Below are positions 25,966-45,159 of a stretch of DNA of 64,000 nt, in pieces; position 1 is the first letter of the stretch; each line of letters begins with the position of its first letter. Under the pieces are notes generated by a model. The model ran no database searches, was not told where the DNA came from, and was given only the letters and a program-made list of their open reading frames with translations. The stretch is from the human T2T-CHM13v2.0 reference genome, Homo sapiens: NCBI RefSeq assembly GCF_009914755.1, contig NC_060933.1; one strand, written 5' to 3'. Position numbers and translations under genes: made by a program.

Positions 25966-26849
25966 CTTATATTTCCTTTTTCAATATGAGTTTAGATTAA
26001 GTTGTTCTGGAGAATGGGAAAGCTACAAACTTAACGTGTTTAATGTTAAAGAAACAGGTATTCTTGCATCTCAAGATGGAGGAGCACTGCAGAATTGAGA
26101 CTACTAACCTGGAGACCCCAGTAGTCCTGCAGAACCCCTAACCTGGGGGACTCCATCAGCCCTGCATCAGAGTTTTCCCCACTCCCATTCATCCTTCTTC
26201 TACGGGTAGTAAGACTGTATAGTCACCAGTGACCCTGTCTCCCAAAGTCCAGACCAAATTGCCTAGATTTGTACATTTAGTGTGGAAATGGGAATATTTC
26301 CAAGTATTTAATTTCCTCTGAGCTTTGACATGAGGATTCTAGGGAAGTGGGTTAAGATTTGTCAGGAGATGAGAAGAGAATTCTTTAAAGAACCCTGATG
26401 CTCGGATCAGGGTTAACAAATGACCTGATACCTTGGGGAGCTCACTTTGGACTCCAGGGTAAGGCATATTTAGCAAGAACTTTAAGTGTATCCTCCTGCC
26501 CTACAATTCCCATTGCAAACCACTGCAAATCTTCAGTGCATAACTATGTAAAGTCCTGCAAAGTTTGTTGGGTGATCTTGGGGAAGCTGAAGGCACAAAC
26601 TCATAAAGAAGTCTACCCCTTCTGAACTTCACGTGGCCTCTGATAGGGGACTAGAGTAGATCTAATAGGGTGTCTTGGATTACATGAGTATCATAGCTAA
26701 CTCAGCAAACCTGAAAGGAAAAAGGATTAAAGAGAGAGAAGTAGAAAGCATGAAAGAGAAGTAGAAAGCATGAAAGCAAAGTGACAGAATGTAAAGAACA
26801 AAAAGAGGGAAGAAACATATTCCCAGGCAATAAAAACCAAGGGTGATGA

Positions 26850-27062
26850 ATATATATTGTGCACTACAATGCGCCTGTACTGTTCCAAGGCCTCAGGGCA
26901 TAAGGGTCATTTTAGTTTTCACAATTCCCTTAGAAATAGGTATTATCATTCTACTGATAAGGAAACTGACATTCAGAGGGTTCTAATAAATTGCCAGAGG
27001 CTATATAACTTGTAAGTGGTTACATGGAGTCAGAACTAAAATTCAAGCTTGAATGACTCTGA
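26850..27062 (-). mobile_element. MIR SINE
   Basis: taggtattatcatt..gataaggaaactgacattcagaggg..taaattgcc. Confidence 0.7.
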
Positions 27063-27224
27063 AATAATAATTAAAACAAAAAAAGAAAGAAGGTTACAGA
27101 ATTGGAAGGGGAAATGAACTGAAACTCACAAAGCAGAAGAGAGGGGACAATTTCTGTGATATTAGCTCAGTAGTACAATGAAACTTCAGAGAAGGGCAGC
27201 TGCTCACTCGTCGTTGACATTGTA

Positions 27225-27350
27225 TTTAGCTAGCTCTTCTACATTATCCTGATTTGATCATTACACAATGTGTACATGGATCAAAATACTACATTGTCCC
27301 CCATAAACAGGTAGAATTATTATGTTTCAATTAAAAATAAAAATTTTTTA
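27225..27350 (+). mobile_element. L1MA-type extreme 3' end
   Basis: cctgatttgatcattacacaatgtgtacatggatcaaaatactacattgtcccccataaa..ttatgtttcaattaaaaataaa. Confidence 0.8.
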
Positions 27351-27409
27351 AAAAAGATCCTTCACTCTTAAATCTTCGACTAGCTAAAGCATTTAAAAAA
27401 TATATATCT

Positions 27410-28062
27410 AGGTTCTCAAAGTATGGTGCCAGATCGACAGCATAGGCATCATCTTCACCTGGGAATTTGTTAGAAATGGACATTCTTAGGTCCAATCCCA
27501 GATCAACTAAATCAGAAACTTTGGAAGTGGGATTCAACCGGTATGTTTTTTTGTTTTACTTAGTTTTGTTTTGGCATAAAACAACACAGACTGCTTATCT
27601 TGCAGTTCTGTAGGTTAGAAGTCTGACATGAGTCTCACTTGGCTAAAATCAAGGTGTCCACAGGGCTGCATTCCTTTCTAGAGGCTCTAGGCAATCATGT
27701 GTTTTCCTGTTTTTCTATGTCTAAAGGCCGGCCTGCTCTCCTTGTCTCATGGCCCTTCCCTCCATCTTCAGTGCCCGCACGGCAGGCCAAATCCTTTCCA
27801 TATCTTATCATTTTGACCAATGCCTTCCTCTTCCACTTTTGAGAAACCTTGAGATTACACTGGGCCCACTCAGCTAATCCAGAATAATCTCCCTATTTTA
27901 AGGTCAGCTGATTAGCAGGCTTCCATCTGCAACTTCAATACCCCTGTCATAAAAGATAACATATCCTCTGGTTCTTCGTGTTGGGGTATGGCAGCTTCAG
28001 CAACTGTGACTTCACAAGCCCTGCAGGTGCTGCTGGCGGCTCTAAAGTTTGAGAGCAAATGC
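27410..28062. mobile_element. MER5A (hAT) split by a MaLR LTR
   Basis: ggttctcaaagtatggt..cacctgggaatttgttagaaatg..aatcagaaact at 27410-27550. Remainder acaagccctgcaggtg..taaagtttgagagca at 28010-28062. Confidence 0.7.
27570..27990 (-). mobile_element. MLT1 (MaLR) LTR
   Basis: cagttctgtaggttagaagtctgacatgagtctcac..ggctaaaatcaaggtgtc..gattacactgggcccac..taatccagaataatctccctattttaaggtcagctgattagca. Confidence 0.8.
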
Positions 28063-30719
28063 AGTAGGCCACAGCATTTGCCATCGGTTTGGACTCCCGG
28101 TTTCCCCACATCCCACACATTATTAAAATACCAGGTCCCAGGATCTGAAAGAAATTAGACCACTGCTAACAGCGCTGTGTACAAATGACAATTTTATTAG
28201 GGTAAAATCTCAACCAACAGAGACTGCAATGAACTTTTCCAAGCTATTGAAGCTTGTCACCTTCAGAAATATCATCATTAAGAACCTGGATGGTATTCAA
28301 GAGCTAATATAATTTACTAAGAACCTATTAAACAAGGCAGGCCTGTGGAGTTGCTCTGCCACATGAGCATTTTTTACTGTAATGATTAAGCTGAGAAAGA
28401 AAAGGAACCAGCTCTCCTATCTGAATAGTTTAGCTGAGAGAGGTCTTTTCTCAGATACTTCTATATCCATGACAAAAAGCTTACGCCTACAATAATGGAC
28501 CTTGGTTCTTGGGTCCCTGAATGTTCCTTTATTCTTCTAATCTTAGAAATAACAGAATTTGGATATAGGAGTAGTAGATTGAATTCACTGATGATACTCT
28601 ATCTCGGTGGAAATATTTTGCCAAAGATGCTGCGCACACATTTTCAACAATGAGATTTTCCTGATATATTCTTTTATACTTTCTTTCCTTTTTCCCCCAA
28701 AACTTGCATCTGACCTTACATTCACCTTGATATTTAGTTGATGCTGACTGGCTTTCTTCTTCTTTCCTTTCCTCCTTTTTTAATATACAGTGTTCATAAG
28801 AACGTGTCTTAAGAGTTACACATGAGCAAAAAGGTTAGTAGAGCCAAATTAAACTAAATTACAAGTAACAAAAGAGGAAATAAAATATTTCATTACAATG
28901 ATACATTCTTATTATGTATGATCATGTATTTAACCTACGACTCACTATACATCAGAAGTGTGTTATTGCTATTCGTATTTGGGGTAGGAGAATAATGAAA
29001 ATAATATTTCATTCTGTAAAAGTAAAGTGGTTTTATGAAAAAATTTGAATGGAAAACAGTAAAATCGAAAAGCAAACCTGATAATCTCTAAAATAATGTT
29101 AGGCTGTGAGGGTTGAGGGGTGGTGATGCTTGAAAGAGATTAAGGAAAGAAATAGATATGAGCAAGAAAAAATAAATTCCCATTTTCTGGCAATAGGTCT
29201 GAGTTTGTGGGGGATCAAGTCAGCCAGGGGCTTCATGTTATAGCAAAACAGGGTTTACTACAGTGGGGGAAGAAACAAACAATAGAACACCTATAGTCAA
29301 CACATTCACCATTGTGGAAGAAGGCAGCTACAGATAGAAAATGTGTTAAAATAAAGCAAGAAGGGAGGGATGACAGTCTTAAGGGGATTCAGAAGCATGG
29401 TAGCCAGAAGCTGCAGACCAAATGAAGGCGCCACACTGAACTCACCCCAAACAAAGCAAAGGTGTCTTGACTAAGCCCATTGCTCCTTCTCAAATCCTGC
29501 GGGCTTCCTTTTCTCTGTGCACATTGGAATGTCCTGGAAAGTCTGTATTTCCTTAGTGTGCCTGCAGATTTCTTTTTACTCATAAATTGGAGCAAAAAGA
29601 GCACACACAAAATAGTTAAAGTAACCATAATACAACCATATTAAAGGTGTTTAGGGGTTATGGGATGTGTGCAAGACACATAAACACACACAATGTCCAC
29701 ACACCTTGACTAAAATCGAGCACTGTATGAATCACACCAAGCATGTTAAGCACAGGTAAGGTATATTGCCTTCATTTGTTCACTTTAAATGACTAGAGTA
29801 TAATTCACTCCGAAGTTGCTATGAAGAAGAAATGAGGATAGATTAACCTTTCAGTGCCACACCTGGTCTCCGGATTTCCCAACGTGTTAATGAATTTCCT
29901 GAGATGGGAGTGTCAGAGCTGCTGGCAGTACGTTAATCTGGGGAAGCACGAAGCAATACATCCTCCAAACTCAAAGGTGGGTGAACCAATTTAGAAAATG
30001 TTAAATCAAATCCAAGCCATTCCCTAAAGACAGTTCCAACCTGTAAAGCCCAAAGACATCTGGAAAAGTCACTCTGGCACAGCTCACTCGAAGTCACTGC
30101 CGAGTTTCTAACTTCATGTCTTTATCTGTGTCCAGGAAATAAGGTCGATGCCCCTGTACCTCCTGAAATATCTTCTGGAGTAAAGACACTTGTCAGTAGA
30201 CCTATAAAAATAACAACAAGCCATCTCTCAAATGCACCCACCCATAGCTCAACACCACCTATTCTCTTCCGTGTTTCTGCCCAGATACATATGTTTGAAA
30301 TGAAAGGACTGACAATAGAGAAGAATCTTTTTTTGAGAGGAATATTTTTAAAGGAGATATTTTGTCGTTAGAAGTAACATACTGAGGGTGAAAATCCACT
30401 GGGAAGTAAGCATATAAAATAATTTTAAGAGATCATTTTAGTGGTGGAGTTAACAAAATGTTTTAAAACCAGGTTGGTAAAAATGATGAGTAGATGAGAA
30501 GAACAGTAGGGATATACAGAGGACTTTCATTCTAAAAATGTTTCCTGGATTCTTAGGAGTGACATTGGCAAGACAGCCAACTAGAGTTGAATGACACTTG
30601 TCCCCCAAACAAAAGGAATCAGAACAAAAACTAAACAACTATAATTTGACTGCAGTAACTGAGGAAGTATGCTGAAGAGCACTGGGGAGTGGTGAAGTTC
30701 CCGTAGAGCACGAAAACAT

Positions 30720-35360
<4,641 letters not shown>

Positions 35361-35416
35361 CTATTACTATAATTTTACCATATCCAGAATGTTTTTCAAA
35401 TGGAATTACATATTAC

Positions 35417-36293
35417 TGATAGAGGCAAGAGGCAGAGACATTCTAGGCAGACAGGGGCAGGTCCTGACGAAACCCCACATTCAGGCAAAAGAAGCCTGAA
35501 ACCCAGGGCCCAAAGTGACAACTTCTCTCCCTGTTTGCTTCACTCTCTCCCGATTAGTTCTTTCTGAATAATGTCTTTTTACCAATCAAACGTTGCCTTT
35601 TCCAAAACTACCTAAGGCCTGCCTCATCCCCCATCCTGTGACTGTAAAGACCCCAGACTCAACAGGTAGAGACAGAGAAGCAGCTTGACTGGAGAGAGAC
35701 AACTTGACTTCAGAGGGACAGCTGGACTTCGGAGGAGAGACAGCTTAACATCAGAGAGACAGCTTGACAACAGAGAGATGGCCGGACTTCAGAGGAAGAT
35801 TACCTCCTGTCCCATTCCCTCTCCAGCTCCCCTCTCCACTAAGAGCCATTTCCTATCGCTTAATAAATTCTCTGCCTTCACCATCCTTCAAGTGTCCAGG
35901 CAACTCTTTCTTCTTGGATGCCAGACAAGAGCTAGGGACCCGCCGAGTGCAGGTACCCACACTGACCCTTTGCTCTTGCTGGTGGGAGGCAGCCACCCCA
36001 TGTGACGGGGCAAGGGGCCCACTGGGCTGATATCACACCACTGTCCATGGACGGTAGAGCTAAGAAAGCATTATAACATGCCCTCTGGGCTTCGGGGGTC
36101 ACAGGCACCCCAACCTGGGTGCCGCTGCAGGCCCACACAGCGCCTGCTCTTGCTCGCATTCAAAGCAGCTGGCCACATACCGCACTTACTCACTCATGTG
36201 CTCCCTCCAGCAAGGGGTTGAGCGCCACAGGCCAAGTAAATGGGGCACTCCAGTCACAAGTCTGATGAAGGGGTCGAGAAAAATGTTGCATCA
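35417..36293 (+). mobile_element. ERV1 solo LTR (LTR1/LTR27/LTR28 group)
   Basis: TG...CA ends (tgatagaggcaagaggcagag...gttgcatca), CCAAT motifs, AATAAA near 35862, internal gagagacagcttgacttc-type repeats. TSD unclear. Confidence 0.75.
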
Positions 36294-38125
36294 ATATGTA
36301 CCCTTTTGTGATTGGCTTTTTTCACTCAGCACAATTCTCTCTTATTCTGTTCTGTGGCTGAGTAGTATTTCCATAGTATGATGGTACCACAAATTGTTGA
36401 ATTTATTCACTTATTTAAAGACATCTGGAATTTTTCCAGTTTGGGGCTACTACAACATACAACTACAATGTGATATAGTAATTGCACTCCTAGTCATTTA
36501 TCCCCCCAAATGAAGGCTTATTGTTCACATAAAACTTATTGTGCACATACAAAACTGTTTATGGAAGTTCTATTTGTAGTACCCCAAACTGGAAACAAAC
36601 CTGATGTCCTTCAAGAGGTGAATTTTACTTCCAATTATTTCTTTATTCTTGTAATATCTTTTTTATCAATGCTCTGCTCTGCAAGCTTTTTTTTTATTAC
36701 TCATGATTAAATGAGTTGGAATTTTATGGACCAATATTTGCAAAGAATTTCCATAGGTGGGGAGGAACAAGTGTAGTGCTCCAGGCTAGCTGGGTTTTGC
36801 ATTGTAGAGATTCTCTTTTCTTCAGCTGCCACAAAGCAAGACAGTTTTTCCAAATAATATGGGTCTGTGTGATTTTGTATGTGGCAGAGTCTTTTCTGCT
36901 TCTGTGAATCTAATTGCTTCTCTCAGGTGTTTTCTCTCTCTCTCCCTCTCCCACTCCCCCTGCCCTGCTACCCCTACCCCAAATCCCCTGGCTTCTCTTG
37001 CCTTACTCCTAATGTTTCTTGCATGAAATTAAACTTGCTTTTGCATGTAAAATTATTTTACATTCTCTTTTCTAGTTCTCAGAAGATGGAGTTTGTGTTT
37101 TTGTTTTCCCATCTCTTCGTTGCTTGCTTTTGCTTGGTTTCTTGGAGAAGATGGGGATTAATAAATTCGTGGAGTCATCATCCTGGAAGTTCTCCACTAG
37201 AAATTATGCATCTTCCTGTTAAAAGAGACCATATCGATTGTATAAGACAGCCACTCAATTGATGCTTGAATCCAGCACTGTTTTATTCATTTCCATAACG
37301 TGGGCACTGCAGAAATGTGACAGCCTAGGGTAAGATTAAGCTGGGTGCCACTGAAAAAGCTCTGGGCCAAGGAAATGACAGACCTGGTTTTTAGTCTTAG
37401 CTCTACTACTGTATGAAGAAGAGCAAGACAGTTATCTGTGTGAGCCTTCAATTCTCCAACTGAATTGGTTGAGATGATCACTACCAGTCCCCCTCTTTGG
37501 AAAGGCCAGCAGTTTTTGTAAATATTATGACAGATTTGAAGCACAACAGACTTCAGGAAATATCAACCTAGCTTGTACAGATTACACTATATGTAAAAAT
37601 AAATAATTTATGCTAAGCCAAACTTCTGAAGGAGTCCTCAATCATTACCCTTTATGCCCTTCATTATATATCTTGTTAGGCTCAAATTTTTAATTAGGGT
37701 TTTTCAACAAACATAATTTGAAGCCGTGGGGAAATGTTTTCCTTTTTGCCTATACTTGGCATTTTAATTATTAAATGCTTTTTTAAGTTAAATTTTGAGT
37801 GCACAAGTCATGCCACTGTCTAATAATTTAATTTGGAAAACAAATTATATGTAATTTCCTTGACAATCTGAAATCTGTAAACCACTAAAAGGGGGCCAAC
37901 TCATTGAACAGCACAATTATTAACGCTTATAAAAAATAATTATATTTTCCATTGGAAATGTCTAAAACTCCAAGATGATTCTTCATCTCTCTTTCTGCTT
38001 ACTGACATTAGGAAGATAGGGCAAATTTGCTTCACTTGAAAAAAAAAAAACTGAAAATTTTTCTAGTGATTAAATCCCATTGAAAAACTGACGGTTCTAA
38101 GATCAAATCTATAAAAAGAATTGTC

Positions 38126-39184
38126 TTTTTTTTTATTATACTTTAAGTTCTGGGATTCATGCGCAGGTTTGTTACATAGGTATACATGTGCCATGGTGGT
38201 TTGCTGCACCCATAAGCCTGTCATCTACATTAGGTATTTCTCCTAATGCTAACCCTCCCCTAGCTTCTCACTCCTTGACAGGCCCCAGTGTGTGATGTTC
38301 CATTCCCTGTGTCCATGTGTTCTCATTGTTCAGCTCCCACTTATGAGTAAGAACATTTGGTGTTTGGTTTTCTCTTCTTGTGTTAGTTTGCTGAGAATGA
38401 TGGTTTCCAGCTTCATCCATGTCCCTGCAAAGGACATGAACTCGTCCTTTTTATGGCTGCATAGTATTCCATGGTATATATGTGCCACATTTTCTTTATC
38501 CAGTCTATCATTGATGGGAATTTGGATTGGTTCCGAGTCTTTGCTGTTGTGAAGAGTGCTGCAATAAACATACGTATGCATGTGTCTTTATAGTAGAATT
38601 ATTTATAATCCTTTGGATATATACCCAGTAATGGGATTGCTGGGTCAAATGGTATTTCTGGTTCTAGATCCTTGAGGAATTGCCACATTGTCTTCCTCAA
38701 TGGTGGAACTAATTTACACTCCCACAAACAGTGTAAAAGCATTCCTATTTCTCCACATCCTCTCCAGCATCTGTTGTTTCCTGACTTCTTAATGATCGCC
38801 ATTCTAACTGGCGTGAGATGGTATCCACTGTAGTTTTGATTTGCATTTCTCTAATGACAAGTGATGATGAGCTTTTTTCATATGTTTGTTGGCCACATAA
38901 ATGTCTTATTTTGAGAAGTATCTGTTCATATCCTTTGCCCACTTTTTGATGGGGTCATTAGATTTTTCTTGTAAATTTGTTTAAGTTCTTTGTAGATTCT
39001 GGATGTCAGCCCTTTGTCAGATGGCTAGATTGCAAAAATTTTCTCCCATTCTGTAGGTTGCCTGCTCATTCTGATGATAGTTTCTTTTGCTGTGCAGAAG
39101 CTCTTTAGTTTAATTAGATCCTATTTGTCAATTTTGGCTTCTGTTGCCATTGCTTTTGGTGTTTTAATCATGAAGTATTTGCCC
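38126..39184 (-). mobile_element. 5'-truncated L1PA (L1PA7-like), about 1.06 kb
   Basis: ORF2 C-terminal peptide ([43 protein letters not shown]). TSD AATTGTC at 38119-38125 and 39185-39191. Confidence 0.93.
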
Positions 39185-39736
39185 AATTGTCCTTAATAAA
39201 ACTGCTAAAGTTAAGACATACAGTTGTAAATGTTCTGGATAAAAATGTGACTCTCCTAATGTAACATAGGTTTGGGGAAGTGGTAAGCTTAGTTACTAGG
39301 GACAACTAAATTTTAGTATATATAACCAGAACATTAGTTACTAAATCCTATTAGTATCTAGTTTATATTTGGTTATCAGCTTATTGGCATCAAATATGAC
39401 TTGTTATGAAATAAAAGACTGTTTGCTTTCATTTTACTTCTGATAAATAAAATGCTATGTCACATTCTCTTTGCAAATAAAAGGCTTCATACAAAATTTT
39501 AAAATGGAAGTATACTTGGTAAATATTCTTATCATGATGAGTAAGTTAGCCTAAAACAAAAAAAAATGTAAAATTTAGCAGCCTGCTAATCTGATTGTTC
39601 ATTTTAAAAATTCAACTCTGATTTATCTGTTTGACCAGTTTGCTTGACAAAATAGGTATGTAGCATAAACTACTGGGTAAGTGTTCCCCAATTTTGTTTC
39701 TGCTACTTGCAACAACCTTCCAAAATAGATATATTA

Positions 39737-42700
39737 CAGGTTGAACATCCTTAATCCAGAAGTCTAAAATCCTGAATGCTCTATAATCCAAAACTTTCTG
39801 AGCACCAACATGATGCCACAAGTGGAAAGTCCCAGATCTGATCTCATGTAACTAGTCAAAATAAAAATGCAGACACACAATAGACAGCTTATTTGGCATC
39901 CCCAAGGGAAAAAGACACTCCCAGCCTTGTTTAGCTATGATATATCTTTTCTGAGCATGCCCAGATTCCCTCACACAAGCACACCACAAAGAGTGATAAA
40001 ATGGCACATGTGCAGGCTGGACACACCAAGATCAGGGTCCTCACAATGCCTTGCATGGAGCCAAAACCTACATGCATTACTTACTGGGGTTTTTTTTGTG
40101 TGTGCATATTATCTGCCCTGTGCTGTAAAGATAGCATCGAAAATATCTAAAACGCCTGCAGATGCTGCAATAGGTAACAGTGATAAGAAAAAGAGAATTA
40201 TTTATATTTCTCTACTGCACAGAAAGTCAAGCTGTTGGAGAAACTGGATAGTAGTATAAGTGTGAAACATCTTGCAGAAGACTATGGTGTTGGAATTACC
40301 ACCATATATGACCTGAAGAAATAGAAGGATAAACTTTCGAAGTTCTATGCTGAAAATGATAAACAGAAGTTAATGAAAAATAGAAAATCACTGCATAAAG
40401 CTGAAAATGAAGACCTTAATCATGTATTGAAAGGGCGGCTCCATCAACTTCTCAGTGAACACATACCACTTAATGGTATGCTGATCATGAAACATGCAAA
40501 GATCAATCATGATGAACTAAAATCGAAGGGAACTGTGAATATTCAACAGGCAGGTTGCAGAAATTTAAGAAAAGACAAGGTATTAGATTTTAAAATATTT
40601 GTTATGATAAAGCTGATCACAATAATTTGCTGATCACAAAGCAGCAGAGAAATTCATTGACAAGTAAGCCAAGGACATTACTGATGAAAATCTGATGCCA
40701 GAACAAGTCTATAACGCTGATAAAACATCACTGTTTCGGTGTTATTGCCCTGGAGCAACACTGACTACAGCTGAAGAGACAAGAATTAATTAAGCCCTAC
40801 AAGAATTAAGGATGCCAAGGACAGAATAACTGTGCTGGGATGTGCTAATGCAGCAGGCACGCATAGGTGTCAACTTGCTGTGATAGGCAAAAGCTTGTGT
40901 CTTCACAGTTTTCAAGGAGTGAATTTCTTACCAATCCATTACTATGCTACCAAGAAGGCATGGATCACCAGGGACATTTCTTTTGAGAGCCTTCACAAAC
41001 ATTTTGAACCAGTGGCTCATGCTTACTGCAGGGAAATGGGACTAAACAATGACTGCAAAATTTTGTTATTCTTTGACAACTGCTCTGCTCATCCTCCAGC
41101 TGAAATTCTCATAAAAAATAATGTTTGTGCCATGTATTAATACTTTCCCCCAAATGCAACTTTGTTCATTCAACCATGTGACTAAGATATTCCAAGGTCA
41201 GTAAAAAGTAAATATAAAAGCACTGCCTTGAGCAGTGTGCTACCAGCGGTGAACAATGTCGGTGTGGAAGGTTTTCAAAAGAAGTTTAGCATGAAAGACG
41301 CCATATATGAGGTTGCCAACACTTGGAATATAGTGACTGAAGACACAGTTGTGTACACCTGGCACAACCTCTATAATCTGTTACTATGTTCAATGACGAT
41401 GAACAAGGTGGTGACTTTGAAGGATTCCATATGTCAAGTGAGAAAAAGTGACGTTTGACTTGCTTACATATGCAAAAAATATATCTTCAGAGTTCATTGG
41501 TAAGCTGGAAGAAATGAATATCAAAGAAGTTTTTACCATTGATAATGAGGCTCCAGTTGTTCATTCTTTGACCAATAGTAAAATAGCCAAAATGGTTCTG
41601 AATCAAGGTGATCATGATAATAGTTATGATGAAGATGGCATTGTTAACACTGAAGAAAAGGTGCCTGTAGACAATGGGGTGGAAATGTGTAATGGGCTTA
41701 TTGGAGGACTAGAGCATCACACATTTATAATAGAACAAGAAATTATGTCAGTTTATCAAAGAGAGACTTACAAGATAAAAACTGTTTTTCGTTTTGTTTT
41801 GTTTTGTTTTTTGAGACAGGATCTTCCTTGTCACTCAGGCTGAAGTGCAGTGGTGTGATCATGGCTCATTGCAGCCTTGACCTCCCAAGTTTAAACAATT
41901 GTCCCACCCACACTCCACTATGCCCAGCTAATTTTTGTTTTTGTTTGTTTGTAGAGACAGGGCCTCCCTTTGTAGCCCAAGCTTTTCTTGCACTCCTGGG
42001 CTCAAGCAATCCTCCCACCTTGGCCTCCTAAAGTGCTGGGATTACAGGCATGAGCCACCACATATAACCCCTGCATAAAATGTTGTTAATGAGGCAGATG
42101 ACTCTGGAGGAAACATTTTTTAAGGCCATCCAGCAGAATGCCTCCTCAAACCTGGAGGACTCACTTCCTGGTCACTCAAGGCTTCTGATGTGTTTCTTAG
42201 CCAAAAAAATAAAATTTACTATACAGTAACTTTTTAATCAGAACACAGCATTGTAGATAGAGACTAGGGGCCTGCTGTTGCTTGTTGTTGCTGTTGTTTA
42301 ACAACTGATGCAGGTATTCTGGTGACTCCACTGTGCTGCTTAGTTACCTTGAACACACTAGTTCTTCACTGTATTTATGGCATGGTCTGTTTTTCACTGT
42401 TAAGTATTTGTGTGTCAAAAAGTGCAAGAAAATGATTGCCTATCAATAGCATATATATTCAGAGTCAGGAATGATAGTGATGCCAAACAAGCACAGATTG
42501 TCCACATGGGTGGACACTTTGGTTTTCTGGTGGTTCAATGTAAATAAGCTTGGTTTCATGCAAAAAAACCAATATTTAAAATGTTTTATATAATTACCTT
42601 CTGGCTATGTTTTAAGGTATATAAAAACTGTAAATGAATTTTCTGTTTAGACTTGGGCCCCATTACCTTATTATGTATATGCAAATATTCCAAAATCTGA

Positions 42701-42795
42701 AAAAATATGAAATTCAAAATACTTCTGGTCCCGAGCATTTTGGATAAAATGAAACAGACACTCCACCAAGGAAGATATAAGGGTTTTTCAACCTA
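39737..42795 (+). mobile_element. Full-length Tigger4 (Zombi) DNA transposon with decayed Jerky/CENP-B-like transposase
   Basis: TIRs caggttgaacatcc.../...ttcaaccta with TA at 39735-39736 and 42796-42797. DDE-domain peptides LGCANAAGTHR..LAVIGKS and LLFFDNCSAHP in ORF 40832..41140. Broken by stops and frameshifts. Confidence 0.9.
41786..42070 (-). mobile_element. AluJ inside Tigger4
   Basis: tgagacaggatc..ggtgtgatcatggctcattgcagcc..gggctcaagcaatcctccc..aaagtgctgggattacaggcatgagccacc. Confidence 0.9.
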
Positions 42796-43027
42796 TATCC
42801 CATGTATAGATGTGGTATTCAAAAGTCAAAGAGAAAGGACAGGAGCTAGAAGTAGTGGAGCTCAGATTTTAATCTAGAGCTGTCTGACTTACTCCGAGTC
42901 GCAGATCTTTCGGCATTTCCCTAAGAGATCTTGGAAATGCCATTTCCCAAAGCACAATTCTACAATTGGAATTCCATAATTAAACACACAATTGGAAAGG
43001 AAACCTAGGTAGGTTTTAAAAGTTTCT

Positions 43028-43321
<294 letters not shown>

Positions 43322-44410
43322 AAAAGTTTATGTCAGAAGTGACAGATGCCACTTCCTCGCATGTGTCATTCACCAAAGCAAGTCACATGACCACACCTAA
43401 CTGCCAGGTGTTCAGAAAAAGGAGGGATGGAAAGAGGTGGCTGGCAACACTAATGCTTGGGGTGTTTAGTCTGGAAGTTGTGTCTGTGGGTTATGAGGCT
43501 CCTGAAGCCAGTTTGTACTTAATGTTGAAGGACTCTGAACTCCATGCTCTAGGACATCAGGAATCATTGAAGGTTTTGAGTCAGAATATACCATAATTAG
43601 TTGAGCCACAGTCTGAACTCACTAAACAGACACAGACTGCTAGACTCCCAGACTTATTCCTTGATCAGTGTTGCAAACCAACACCATTCATGCTTTTTCT
43701 CACTTCCCAAAGCAGAACCTGCTGCACGCTTCCTCAAGCCAGCTTCTCACTCCTAAGAACTCAGGCAGAAGGATATGCTTTTTTAAGACTAAAAAGAGAA
43801 ACTATTATCTGGCACTGGGTGAAGAGTCCTGCTGACACCACTTCAGGTGAATTGTAGTTGTATCTAGCAGGAAGGAGATCGAAGGCTCTCCAGAGGAGAG
43901 CAGCCTGCCCCAGGGAACAGCTACAATCACACAACTGTGTAATTGAACTTGTTCCTTTTATTTAGTGGCAAAACTTTAGAAGCGCCCTGTCTAAAAAAGA
44001 AAATACATACAGACACACATAGAGACAAACAAAAAAAAAATGGAAGTCTTTACTACAACTTAACTAGTTATTTTCAGGGCAAACTCCAAGATTTATGTTT
44101 ATCACTGCAAAATGCAGTTGTGTCCATTTCCTTGAGTAGCCACGTGGCTGCCACTTTATGTACTTGACAGGAACATTATTTAGAAACTGGCTGTACACAC
44201 AGTTCTTATATAATGTCTAAACACCATGTCAAATGAGACGCTTAAGACTATGAGACTATATATATACATATATACGCATATATATCTTCCAAAGGATTTG
44301 TATGTAGAATATAGAGTCTTACAAGAAAAAAAAATTAATACAATAAAAACGGAAAAAACGAAACTGAAACAGACACTCCACCAAGGAAGATATATGAATA
44401 GCCAATAAGC

Positions 44411-44823
<413 letters not shown>

Positions 44824-45159
44824 TAAATTAAAACTACAATGATATTCAGGCATACCCTGAATATCATTATTATATGATATTCATATAGAATAGATTATAA
44901 GAGTGGCAGTGTCAATTGTTGTCAAGGATGTGTAGCAACTAGAATTCTCATCCACTGCTGGTGGGAGTACATAATTGTACAATTGCTCTGGAACTTTTGG
45001 CAGTTTTTTATAAATTTATATACAGCCACCCTATCATCAAGATATTCCATTCTTAAGTAAGTACACTAGACAAAACAAATATCTGTAAAAAGACATACAC
45101 AAGAATGTTCTACTGGAATCATTCAAAATAGCCCCAACTGGAAACAACCCAAATGTCCA

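Noticed and set aside
26735-26776. 20-bp tandem duplication agagaagtagaaagcatgaa
   Set aside because: Simple slippage in purine-rich sequence with no functional cue.
35670-35800. CRISPR-like repeat array
   Set aside because: Degenerate tandem units without unique spacers, inside a primate LTR; no cas genes.
40140-41843. Jerky/TIGD-like peptides as a domesticated gene
   Set aside because: They lie between TIRs and are split into several frames by stops and frameshifts; this is a dead Tigger4 transposase.
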